Source: Ktedonobacterales bacterium | Lineage (GTDB): Bacteria; Chloroflexota; Ktedonobacteria; Ktedonobacterales; JADMIN01 | NCBI GenBank assembly: GCA_036378295.1 | Contig: DASUWS010000016.1 | Location: forward strand, 339 to 64,338 | Direction: 5' to 3' | Length of the DNA: 64,000 nt | Shown here: positions 56,043-64,000 of the stretch, piece by piece | How positions within the stretch are numbered: the first letter of the stretch is position 1 | Layout: every line of letters begins with the position of its first letter | Notes under the pieces: model-generated | What the model saw: the letters and a program-made list of their open reading frames with translations, nothing else | Database searches by the model: none | Told to the model about the DNA's origin: nothing | Made by a program: the position numbers and the translations under genes

Positions 56043-57113
56043 ATGCACGAGCCACTTCGCGCCGATATTGCCAGCACCATCGCAACCATTGGCCCGCTCG
56101 ACGCCAATACGATGGCCGCGGCGCGCGACCGCCAGGCGCAATTGACGAAACCCACAGGCAGTCTGGGCCGCCTCGAATCGCTGGCCATCCAGATGGCGGG
56201 CATCACCGCTGAGGAGCAGCCGAGACTCGATCAGAAAGCGGTCGTCGTGATGGCTGGCGATCATGGCGTCACGGCCGAAGGGGTGAGCGCGTATCCCGCC
56301 GAGGTGACGCCGCAAATGGTGCTGAACTTTCTGCACGGCGGGGCGGCGATCAACGCGCTGGCACGTGTCGTCGGCGCGCGTGTCGTCGTCGTAGACATCG
56401 GCGTGGCCGGACCGCTGGCGCATCCCCACCTGATCTCACGCAAGATCGCGCCAGGAACAGCGAACTTTGCGGTTGGTCCTGCGATGACCCGCAAGCAGGC
56501 GCAAGATGCTATCGCCGTCGGCATCGAAGCCATCGCGTCTCTGGCGCGGGATGGAGTACGGATGGTGGCAACGGGCGAGATGGGTATCGGCAACACGACA
56601 GCCGCCAGCGCGATTACCGCAGTGCTGGCGGGAGCCTCGCCAGCCGAAGTCACTGGGCGCGGGACGGGCATCGACGACGCGCAACTGGCGCACAAAGTCG
56701 CGGTCATCGAGCGGGCACTCGCCGTCAACGCGCCGCATCCAGATGATGGGCTAGACGTGCTGGTGAAGGTCGGCGGCCTGGAGATCGCCGGACTCGTCGG
56801 CGTGATCCTCGGCGCGGCAGCGCGACGTATGCCCATTGTGCTGGACGGCTTCATCGCGGGATCGGCGGCGCTGGTCGCGGAGAAACTTTGTCCCGGCGTG
56901 CGCGACTACCTCATCGCCGGACATCTCTCGGTGGAGCGTGGGCATCGTGTGCTGCTCGATGTGCTGGGACTCTCCCCCCTGTTGAGCCTCGACCTGCGAC
57001 TGGGCGAGGGAACCGGCGCCGCGCTGGCGATGGGGATTCTCGAGGCGGCCCTCGCGGCTCACCGGCAGATGGCGACCTTTGCCGAGGCAGGCGTCAGCGA
57101 GCGAGACGAATAA
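56043..57113 (+). CDS. cobT: Nicotinate-nucleotide--dimethylbenzimidazole phosphoribosyltransferase CobT
   Basis: LTKPTGSLGRLE, VMAGDHGV and GEMGIGNTTAASA. Confidence 0.9.
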   Translation: MHEPLRADIASTIATIGPLDANTMAAARDRQAQLTKPTGSLGRLESLAIQMAGITAEEQPRLDQKAVVVMAGDHGVTAEGVSAYPAEVTPQMVLNFLHGGAAINALARVVGARVVVVDIGVAGPLAHPHLISRKIAPGTANFAVGPAMTRKQAQDAIAVGIEAIASLARDGVRMVATGEMGIGNTTAASAITAVLAGASPAEVTGRGTGIDDAQLAHKVAVIERALAVNAPHPDDGLDVLVKVGGLEIAGLVGVILGAAARRMPIVLDGFIAGSAALVAEKLCPGVRDYLIAGHLSVERGHRVLLDVLGLSPLLSLDLRLGEGTGAALAMGILEAALAAHRQMATFAEAGVSERDE

Positions 57114-57180
57114 TCTCCCCCGGCCCGCTTCACGTGCGAAAACGATGCCCTGGGGCTTCCGCTCGCCTGTCATCAGCCAG

Positions 57181-58035
57181 CTATCCACCAGCCAACCGCA
57201 GTGCTACCATCGTCAAAGGCGGTGCCAGCACGAGCACTGCGAGTTCTACCAGGACGCAAGCCGCGCCATAGGTATCGCCTGTCAGCCCGCCGCCAAGGCG
57301 GCGACTGGCCCACGCCAGCCAGCCCAGCAGCACGACAAGCGCGGCAACCAACAGCAGCGCCGCCAGCGCGCACGTCGGGCCGATACCCAGACCGCGACTA
57401 CCCACGGCGACGGCGCTGGCCACGACCAAGACGAGCATAGCAACGCCTGCCAGGGTGAGGCGAGCAATCCCTCGGCTGCGGAAGGGTGTACCTGCGCCAG
57501 CAGCACGCGCATACGGGTAGCGCGTGACGGCATAGACCATCCCCCAGCGGCCAAGCACCGGAGCGATAAGCAGCGCCAGCACGCGTGGCGAGCCGAAGAG
57601 CGCGGTGAGCGCGGCGAATCGCGCAATCAGCAGCAGCGCGCCGCCGAAAACTCCATAGGCCCCGACGCGACTATCACGCAGAATCTCCAGCCGCCGCTCG
57701 ACGGTCTGCGTGCCCAGGAGCGCATCGCAGCAATCCGCGAAGCCATCCAGATGCAGCATCCCCGTCACCAGCGCGTCGAAGGCCAGCAGCGCCACAGCCC
57801 GAATACCGGGCGGAAAGACGAAGGAAAGCACCCAATCCAGACCGATGAGCGCCAACCCCAGCAACGCGCCTACTAGCGGAAACCAGGGCAGCGCCCGCGC
57901 CATATCGGGTGTCCCCTCACTCGAGGCGGCCTCCTGAACACGGACATGACGAGGGCCAACGGGCACTACCGTCAGAAACTCGACGGCCAGCGCCAGCCCT
58001 GCGCGTGGTGATCCACGTCGTTTCTCCGGCGGCAT
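57181..58035 (-). CDS. cobS: Adenosylcobinamide-GDP ribazoletransferase CobS
   Basis: FLTVVPV, DGFADCCDAL and GLTGDTYGA motifs. Polytopic. Confidence 0.85.
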   Translation of the reverse strand: MPPEKRRGSPRAGLALAVEFLTVVPVGPRHVRVQEAASSEGTPDMARALPWFPLVGALLGLALIGLDWVLSFVFPPGIRAVALLAFDALVTGMLHLDGFADCCDALLGTQTVERRLEILRDSRVGAYGVFGGALLLIARFAALTALFGSPRVLALLIAPVLGRWGMVYAVTRYPYARAAGAGTPFRSRGIARLTLAGVAMLVLVVASAVAVGSRGLGIGPTCALAALLLVAALVVLLGWLAWASRRLGGGLTGDTYGAACVLVELAVLVLAPPLTMVALRLAGG

Positions 58036-58044
58036 CGTATCCCG

Positions 58045-59541
58045 CTACTTGCGCGATTTAGCGGCACGTTTCGGCGATGGCATCTCGGGCCAGCGCGTGT
58101 GGAAGTCGGTCACGTGCTCGAAGGCATCAGCCGCGCGCAGTAGCGTCTCCTCACCAAACGACGGCCCGATCAGTTGCAGGCCAACAGGCAATCCCTCGCT
58201 GAAGCCGCCCGGAATCGAGATAGCGCAGTTGCCCGCGAGATTCACCGGGATGGTAAAGACATCGTTGAGGTACATCGCGTACGGGTCGGAGAGCTTTTCA
58301 TTCAGCTTGAACGCGACCGTCGGTGATGTCGGCCCAATCAGCAGATCATACTTCTTGAATGCTTCATCGAAGTCGCGCTTGATGAGCGTGCGCACCTTCT
58401 CTGCTTTGAGATAATACGCGTCGTAGTAGCCTGCTGAGAGCGCATAGGTGCCCAGCAGAATGCGCCGCTTGACCTCGACGCCAAATCCCCTGGCGCGGGT
58501 GATGGAGGTTGCCTCTACCAGATCCTGCGCGCCATCACGCACGGAAAGGCCATATTTCACGCCGTCGTAGCGCGCCAGATTCGCGCTGCACTCCGCTGGC
58601 GCGATGATGTAGTAGGCCGCGACGCCGTAGCGCGTATGCGGCAGCGAGACCTCACCGACCTCCGCGCCCATCCCCACGAACGTCTGAATCGCCTCTTCCA
58701 CCGCCTGCTTGACACCAGGCTCGACGCCCTCGACGAAATACTCCTTGGGCACGCCGATGCGCATCCCCTTCACATCGCCGGTCAGCGCGGCGAGGTAGTC
58801 TGGCGTGGGGCGATTCACCGAGGTCGAATCGAGCGGATCGTAGCCCGCGATGACGTTCATCAGGTGGGCTGCGTCGCGCGCTGAACGGGCAAACGGCCCG
58901 ATTTGATCGAGCGACGAGGCAAACGCGATCAGGCCGAAGCGCGAGACACGGCCATAGGTTGGCTTGAGCGCGACGGTATTGGTCAGCGCGCCCGGTTGCC
59001 GCACCGAGCCACCTGTATCCGATCCGAGCGAGCCCATCGCCTCGCCCACCGCGACCGCCGCCGCTGAGCCGCCGCTGCTACCGCCGGGCACGCGATCGAG
59101 ATCCCACGGATTGCGCGTCGGGAAGAATGCAGAGTTCTCGGTGGAGGAACCCATCGCGAACTCGTCCATATTCGTCTTACCAACCGAAATCGCGCCTGCC
59201 TGGCGCAGACGGGTGACAACCGTGGCATCGTAGGGTGGGACAAAGCCTTCGAGCATGCGTGACGAGCATGTCGTACGCACACCCTTGGTACAGAGCACAT
59301 CCTTGAGTGCCAGCGGAATCCCAGCCAGCGGGCCAAGCGGCTTGCCTTCGGCGCGCATCTGGTCGATCTGCTCGGCCTCACGTAGCGCATCCCGGTCGGT
59401 GACGGTCACGAACGAGCGCACGCGGCCTTCGACGGCGTCGATACGGTCGAGGTGAGCGCGCGTCAACTCGGCAGCGGATATTTCGCGGCGAGCCAGCTTT
59501 TCAAGCGCCTCACTAATGGATAATTGCCAGAGTTCCGCCAC
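58045..59541 (-). CDS. gatA: Glutamyl/aspartyl-tRNA amidotransferase subunit A
   Basis: Amidase signature [12 protein letters not shown], and [14 protein letters not shown]. Confidence 0.95.
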   Translation of the reverse strand: MAELWQLSISEALEKLARREISAAELTRAHLDRIDAVEGRVRSFVTVTDRDALREAEQIDQMRAEGKPLGPLAGIPLALKDVLCTKGVRTTCSSRMLEGFVPPYDATVVTRLRQAGAISVGKTNMDEFAMGSSTENSAFFPTRNPWDLDRVPGGSSGGSAAAVAVGEAMGSLGSDTGGSVRQPGALTNTVALKPTYGRVSRFGLIAFASSLDQIGPFARSARDAAHLMNVIAGYDPLDSTSVNRPTPDYLAALTGDVKGMRIGVPKEYFVEGVEPGVKQAVEEAIQTFVGMGAEVGEVSLPHTRYGVAAYYIIAPAECSANLARYDGVKYGLSVRDGAQDLVEATSITRARGFGVEVKRRILLGTYALSAGYYDAYYLKAEKVRTLIKRDFDEAFKKYDLLIGPTSPTVAFKLNEKLSDPYAMYLNDVFTIPVNLAGNCAISIPGGFSEGLPVGLQLIGPSFGEETLLRAADAFEHVTDFHTRWPEMPSPKRAAKSRK

Positions 59542-59597
59542 AGCAGTCTCCTCTATCTACACCCATCCAGAGATGATATGGTCGCGCATTGGGCCAC

Positions 59598-59888
59598 TTA
59601 CTCTTCGAGCACCGCCCGCACGCGGAAATATTCACCTTCTCGTGCTGGAGCGTTCGCCAGAAGCTCCTCCACCGGACAACACTTCCAGGGCACATCCGCC
59701 GCCATGACATTCTCAAGCGGCAGGATGTGCGCTGTGGCAGGGACCTGGCTGGTATCAGCCTCCGCGATGACGTTGATGTGCTCCAGAATCGCCGAAAGCT
59801 GCTCCTGGGTGTGCTCGCGTTCTTCCTCGGTCAGCGCGAGCCGCGCCAGCATCGCCACGTGGTCCACGGTCTTGCGGTCAATACTCAT
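59598..59888 (-). CDS. gatC: Glutamyl/aspartyl-tRNA amidotransferase subunit C
   Basis: MSIDRKTVDHVAMLARLALTEEE.... Confidence 0.9.
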   Translation of the reverse strand: MSIDRKTVDHVAMLARLALTEEEREHTQEQLSAILEHINVIAEADTSQVPATAHILPLENVMAADVPWKCCPVEELLANAPAREGEYFRVRAVLEE

Positions 59889-59944
59889 CTGCGTCTCTTA
59901 TCTCTGTATCTCTGCTCGTTCACCGAAACGGCTATTCGTATCAG

Positions 59945-60241
59945 TCAGATCGAAGCCGCGACGCGGAATGTTGGGAACTCCCGCGTCGCCGGCTCCCATA
60001 CGTGCTGAACGTCCCGCACGGCGGCGTCCTCAGGGCCACGCCGCAACGCGTCCACCAACTGCGTGAGCAGGTAGGTCGGCCCCTCGGCAACCACCGTCAC
60101 CGACCCATCACGCTCGTTACGGGCGAATCCGGTCAGGCCAAGCGCGCGAGCATGCTGCAGCACGTAGTAACGGTAGCCCACGCCCTGCACGGAGCCGCGC
60201 ACGGTAGCGGCCAACCGCCGCACATCGTGTTCGCCAGGCAT
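59945..60241 (-). CDS. acyP: Acylphosphatase
   Basis: V.G.VQGVGYRYYV ... G.V.N..DGSV. Confidence 0.85.
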   Translation of the reverse strand: MPGEHDVRRLAATVRGSVQGVGYRYYVLQHARALGLTGFARNERDGSVTVVAEGPTYLLTQLVDALRRGPEDAAVRDVQHVWEPATREFPTFRVAASI

Positions 60242-60388
60242 GCGTATAGCGCCTCACTTCCACAGTTCGTCGGACACGCTCCTCAATGGGAACACGCGCC
60301 CGCCAACCCAACTTCTTCATGATAGTATGCGCGCCGTGCTACTCGCAAGGAGGGCAAGCGAATACAACACCGCATGCAGACACACAAA

Positions 60389-60413
60389 CCCCCTCCCCGT
60401 GTCGAGGAGGGGG
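60389..60413 (-). terminator. Hairpin terminator after cydB (member of the CCCTCC/GGAGGG element family)
   Basis: CCCCCTCC-N9-GGAGGGGG, followed on the minus strand by TTTGTGTGT. Confidence 0.6.
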
Positions 60414-60445
60414 TGAAGGGAGAAGCCGCCCGCTGACGAATGTGG

Positions 60446-61525
60446 TCACGAGCCAGCGGTGACCGCTGTGCGATCCCGCGTCCGCTGGCGCTCAGATGCC
60501 GCGCTTGTCCCGGCGGAAGTGGGCTCAGCGGGACGCAGGAGCACCATGTAGAGCAACACAAGCGATGGCACGAGCACGAGCATGCCAATCGCTACCGTCA
60601 CGATCAGCGCGGTGAACATGGCGGGCGGGGTGAGCGCCTCATCCAGCCGCACCTGCCCGTAGAGCAGCCACGGCAGCCGGGTCAGGCCGAAAAGCACGAT
60701 GGCCAGGCCCCAGGCGGAAAGTCCCGCGAACAGCGCCAGCGGGCCGCGACGAGCACCGTTGCGATGGGTCAGCATCCAGAGGTCCAGCGCCCAGCCGAGC
60801 GCGACAGCCAATAGCAGTGGCCAGAGGCCTATGAGCGCGCTCAAGTGATCTGGCGCGACCCATCGCAGCGCAAGCAATAGCACCATGGCGAGCGCTCCAC
60901 TCACCAGCCCGCTGTGCAGCGCAGCCCGGCGATAGAAGGCTGCCGCTTTCGCTGCGGAGCGCAGCAGCGCCCGGCGATACAGCAGCAACGCGCTGAGATG
61001 GGTGGTGGTTACAACAGCCAGGAGCGCGAGCGCCAGATAGAGCGGCGAGAACCAGAGCAGCCCTTGCGAGACATGGACTACTCCAGCATCAAACGTGATT
61101 GCGCCGCTTTCACTCGCCGCGACGAAGCTCACGAGCAGCGCGGGAGCGAGCAATCCACCGATGCCGATAGCGGTTTCGTAGGGCCGCGATGGGTGCTTCC
61201 CCAGATGGGAGAAGCCAATGGCGACGCCGCGAACTGTGAGCACGATGACCGCAAGGGAGAACGGGAGCAGCAGCGACGTGCCGAAGATCGCGGCAGACAA
61301 CGGGAAGAAGCCAATCGTCCCCACGACAAGCAACACCAGAAAGACATTCACCACTTCCCAGACGGGCGTGAGGAAGTCATCAGCAATCGTGTGCGCCTCA
61401 TCCCGTCCGCGCCGATAGGCGAGCCAGCGGTAGAATCCAGCGCCAAAATCAAGCGCGGCCAGCAGCGCGTAGATGGTGAGCAGACCCCAGATGAGGCCGA
61501 AAGCGACGAGAGCGCGGCTATCCAT
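60446..61525 (-). CDS. cydB: Cytochrome bd ubiquinol oxidase subunit II
   Basis: 359 aa, 8-9 TM segments. Overlaps the cydA stop by 8 nt. N-terminus ALLAALDFGAGF is typical. Confidence 0.9.
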   Translation of the reverse strand: MDSRALVAFGLIWGLLTIYALLAALDFGAGFYRWLAYRRGRDEAHTIADDFLTPVWEVVNVFLVLLVVGTIGFFPLSAAIFGTSLLLPFSLAVIVLTVRGVAIGFSHLGKHPSRPYETAIGIGGLLAPALLVSFVAASESGAITFDAGVVHVSQGLLWFSPLYLALALLAVVTTTHLSALLLYRRALLRSAAKAAAFYRRAALHSGLVSGALAMVLLLALRWVAPDHLSALIGLWPLLLAVALGWALDLWMLTHRNGARRGPLALFAGLSAWGLAIVLFGLTRLPWLLYGQVRLDEALTPPAMFTALIVTVAIGMLVLVPSLVLLYMVLLRPAEPTSAGTSAASERQRTRDRTAVTAGS

Positions 61526-62996
61526 GTGATTCTACCTTTCGTGGCGTGCGAGTGGTCGGACGGTGAGTGTGGCGGCGATCCGGCACCCGGCGTTCGCGGC
61601 GCGCGGCTGGCGCTGGTAGCGGCGGAGTATCCGGTTCGGATGGAACGCCCAGCCCGCCATCATTGCCTGCCTTGCTAGCCTCGCCCGTCACCTCCTCAGG
61701 CAACGGGTGCGCGCGGAAGTAGCGCCGCAAAACGATCACCGTTCCCGCCGAAAGAGCGGCGTAGAGCGCGATGAACAGGAAGAACAACTGCGGCACATAC
61801 GGCGCGCTGGTGAACGCCTCGGCCACGGTCATGATGTGGTAGATGATCCAGGGCTGGCGGCCAATCTCGGTCGTCATCCATCCCAGCTCCATCGCCACGT
61901 AGCCAAGCGGCAGCGAGAGCGCGATGGCCCAGAGGAACGCACGCCGCGAGAGCCACTCTCGCCGCAGGAAATAGAGCGCCCAGAAGCCGAGCGTCAGCGT
62001 GCCAAGCCACATACCAATGCCTACCATCGCGTCGAACGTGTAGTGGACGAGGAGCGGGGGCCACTGGCTCTGGGCGAAGGTGTCCAGGCCGCGCACCTGT
62101 GCATCGGTGCGACCAAAGGCGAGCCAGCTCAGGAGCCCTGGTAGCTCGATGCCGCCGATGACCCGCTGATGCGCGGTATCGATCACGCCGCCGACTGTCA
62201 GGGGCGCGGCATACTTTGACTCGAAGAGCGCCTCCATTGCCGCGAGCTTCTCGGGTTGGTAGAGCGCCAGCGCCTTTGCCGAACGATCTCCCGTGAAGAT
62301 GGCGAGCGTAGATGCGATGGCGCTGGCCGCCATCCCAAGGCGAAGCGCTCGCTGGTGATACGCCGCTGACCCGCGTTTGCGCAGCAGACCGAACGCCGCC
62401 AGCCCTGCCAGCGCGATGCCCGTGCAGAGATACGCCGTCACCAGCACGTGAGCAATCTCGTCGGGCATGGTGGGATTGAAGATAGCCGCTATCGGGTCAA
62501 CGTCCGCCAGTTGCCCGTTCTTCAGGGTAAAGCCAGCGGGCGAGTTCATGAAGGCGTTGACGATGGTAATCAGCAGCCCGGACGACGCGGCGGCCACGAT
62601 AATAGGCAACGACGAGAGCCAATGCAGCCAGCGATTGCGGATGCGGTCCCAGCCATAGACGTAGATCGCCAGAAAGATCGCCTCCACGAAGAACGGGAAG
62701 ATCTCGATGGCAAACGGCAGGGCAATGACCTTGCCCGCAAGCGCCATAAAACCCGGCCAGAGGAGTGTGATCTGGAAGCCGACGATGGTGCCCGTGACCG
62801 AGCCTACGGCGAAGAGCACGAGCATCGTACGGGTCCAGCGGCGCGCCATCAGGGTATAGTGTTCGTCACGGCGCACGATGCCTAGCAGCTCCGCCGCTGA
62901 GACTAACAGAGGCAGCGCGATGCCCGTGACCGCGAAGACGATATGCACCGCCAGTGAGGATGCCATAAGCATCCTGCCAAAGACCACGGACGACAT
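61518..62996 (-). CDS. cydA: Cytochrome bd ubiquinol oxidase subunit I
   Basis: ATG 62996 after GGAG. Q-loop and GWMTTEIGRQPW motif. The ORF extends to 63230. Confidence 0.9.
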   Translation of the reverse strand: MSSVVFGRMLMASSLAVHIVFAVTGIALPLLVSAAELLGIVRRDEHYTLMARRWTRTMLVLFAVGSVTGTIVGFQITLLWPGFMALAGKVIALPFAIEIFPFFVEAIFLAIYVYGWDRIRNRWLHWLSSLPIIVAAASSGLLITIVNAFMNSPAGFTLKNGQLADVDPIAAIFNPTMPDEIAHVLVTAYLCTGIALAGLAAFGLLRKRGSAAYHQRALRLGMAASAIASTLAIFTGDRSAKALALYQPEKLAAMEALFESKYAAPLTVGGVIDTAHQRVIGGIELPGLLSWLAFGRTDAQVRGLDTFAQSQWPPLLVHYTFDAMVGIGMWLGTLTLGFWALYFLRREWLSRRAFLWAIALSLPLGYVAMELGWMTTEIGRQPWIIYHIMTVAEAFTSAPYVPQLFFLFIALYAALSAGTVIVLRRYFRAHPLPEEVTGEASKAGNDGGLGVPSEPDTPPLPAPAARRERRVPDRRHTHRPTTRTPRKVESHG

Positions 62997-63222
62997 GATC
63001 GGAATCTCCTGTACAGCGCGGGGCAACGCCGCGCGTGGTATTTGTGACTTTTTCCCTTCCATGCAAAAGCCTATCGCTTGGGCAGCCGTGATGGTGTCAG
63101 GAGATGCGCTCGTGATGTGTCGGGAGATGCCCGCCATGTTGTGACGGAAACGTGAGATGGTGGGCGGAGAGGCGAGAGGAGCACGCAGATACGACCGGGG
63201 GCTACACGCCTGCGGCGGGATA

Positions 63223-63231
63223 TGGTACAAT
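63223..63231 (+). promoter_or_regulatory. Extended -10 element TGGTACAAT upstream of tRNA-Gly
   Basis: Lies 40 nt upstream of the mature tRNA 5' end. Confidence 0.35.
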
Positions 63232-63270
63232 GTTCAGCGCAAGCCACCGTCATTGTTCATGGTGGCCCTT

Positions 63271-63346
63271 GCGGGAGTAGCTCAGTTGGTAGAGTACCTG
63301 CCTTCCAAGCAGGGCGTCGCGGGTTCGAGTCCCGTCTCCCGCTCCA
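63271..63346 (+). tRNA. tRNA-Gly (anticodon UCC), CCA encoded
   Basis: Hand-folded: acceptor GCGGGAG/CTCCCGC, anticodon arm CCTGC-CTTCCAA-GCAGG, T arm GCGGG-TTCGAGT-CCCGT, discriminator U plus CCA. Length 76 nt. Confidence 0.95.
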
Positions 63347-63377
63347 ACGAACATCGCTTCCATATATAGAACGTCTC

Positions 63378-63423
63378 GCCTATTCCGGCCCCGTGCGCAA
63401 CGAGCGGTAATAGGCCTTTTCTG
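63378..63423 (+). terminator. Rho-independent terminator after tRNA-Gly
   Basis: GCCTATT-CCG...CGG-T-AATAGGC, followed by CTTTTCTG. Confidence 0.55.
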
Positions 63424-63534
63424 TCGGGGGCTTTTCACACAGCACGAGAGGCGCGCGACCTAGGTGTACCCTACCCTGCTGCCTACGGAGAAGTGACAGT
63501 GAGCCGCGAGTGTCGAACTCATGCTCACGCCATT

Positions 63535-64000
63535 TCAGGTCTGATCAGCGCTACGCCACCAGGCGATGGCTCCAGCGACTCCACCAAACACTGTCGCGGT
63601 GACGAGCAGATAGGTCCCTACGCCGAGGTTCTGCGCCTCAGGGCCTGCCGCACCACTAAGCAGTGCTGGAGCCGCCCAGGGAAACCAGGGGCCAAGTCCG
63701 AGCACGGAGAGCACCTGCGAGAGGAAGACCAGCAGGACCGTCACGCCAATCGCTGGGAGATAGCCACGTCCGGCGCTCGCCGCCCAGGCAAGCGGCAGCG
63801 TGAGCGCGATGGTCAAACACGCTGTCGCTCCATACCTCACTGCAGTGCGGAGCCATTCATCTAGCGTCCAGCCGGGCAGTCCGATCAGCGCACCGAGGAC
63901 AAGGCCAAGCAAGTATATCCAGAGGGTCAGGACAGCACACCAGATCACGACCAGGCATAGCTTCGCCGTCACAATCGTTGCACGCGGCGTAGGCAGCGCC
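63535..64000 (-). CDS. ABC-2-type transporter permease, C-terminal part (5' end outside the window)
   Basis: Frame open to the window edge. Hydrophobic helices typical of ABC-2 permease C-termini. Confidence 0.6.
   Translation of the reverse strand, partial: ALPTPRATIVTAKLCLVVIWCAVLTLWIYLLGLVLGALIGLPGWTLDEWLRTAVRYGATACLTIALTLPLAWAASAGRGYLPAIGVTVLLVFLSQVLSVLGLGPWFPWAAPALLSGAAGPEAQNLGVGTYLLVTATVFGGVAGAIAWWRSADQT

Overview
This is a 64-kb chromosomal segment from a high-GC bacterium. Spot counts give about 63 % GC in genes and 43-58 % in some intergenic lines. Both strands are densely coded.

I support about 55 protein genes, 2 tRNAs (Lys-UUU on the minus strand, Gly-UCC on the plus strand, both with encoded CCA), several hairpin terminators and a recurring extended -10 motif (TGnTAnnnT). 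I found no rRNA, CRISPR array, transposase, integrase or reverse transcriptase.

- **40.6-64 kb:** ordinary housekeeping genes: ArnT-like glycosyltransferase, holA, dedA, purC, eamA, DUF503, rplS, rnhB, maoC, ybjQ, dinB, rpsU, mpg, pepF, rplY, cobT/cobS, gatCA, acyP, cydAB and an ABC-2 permease.
- **0-9.9 kb and 21.7-36.5 kb:** mostly metabolic and envelope genes: PrpD-like, Mrp, fdhD, TetR, FAH, HtrA, purL, ROK kinase, plsY, pgsA, rluA-family, PIG-L, nnr and FHA.

The parts that established families do not explain are:
1. **36.6-40.6 kb:** a hyper-acidic 72-aa protein, a 771-aa SWIM zinc-finger protein and a 421-aa XPB-N-terminal-like (helicase-associated domain) protein. No helicase or nuclease is nearby.
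2. **16.2-21.4 kb:** a minus-strand operon of two unknown polytopic membrane proteins, a large radical-SAM enzyme and an SDR epimerase. It ends at tRNA-Lys, and one membrane protein carries an Ala18 tract encoded by a 9-bp microsatellite.
3. **9.9-15.9 kb:** a gene-poor, lower-GC stretch with long structured intergenic regions, short tandem repeats, an orphan PAS histidine kinase and a truncated GNAT next to tRNA-Lys.
4. **22.8-23.9 kb:** a stand-alone long-form PCMT-type methyltransferase.
5. **26.8-27.9 kb:** a secreted protein with six WTGTD..H.LNV repeats.

All family assignments come from reading motifs in the translations by eye. No database search was run, so family names are recollection-based and several start codons are approximate.
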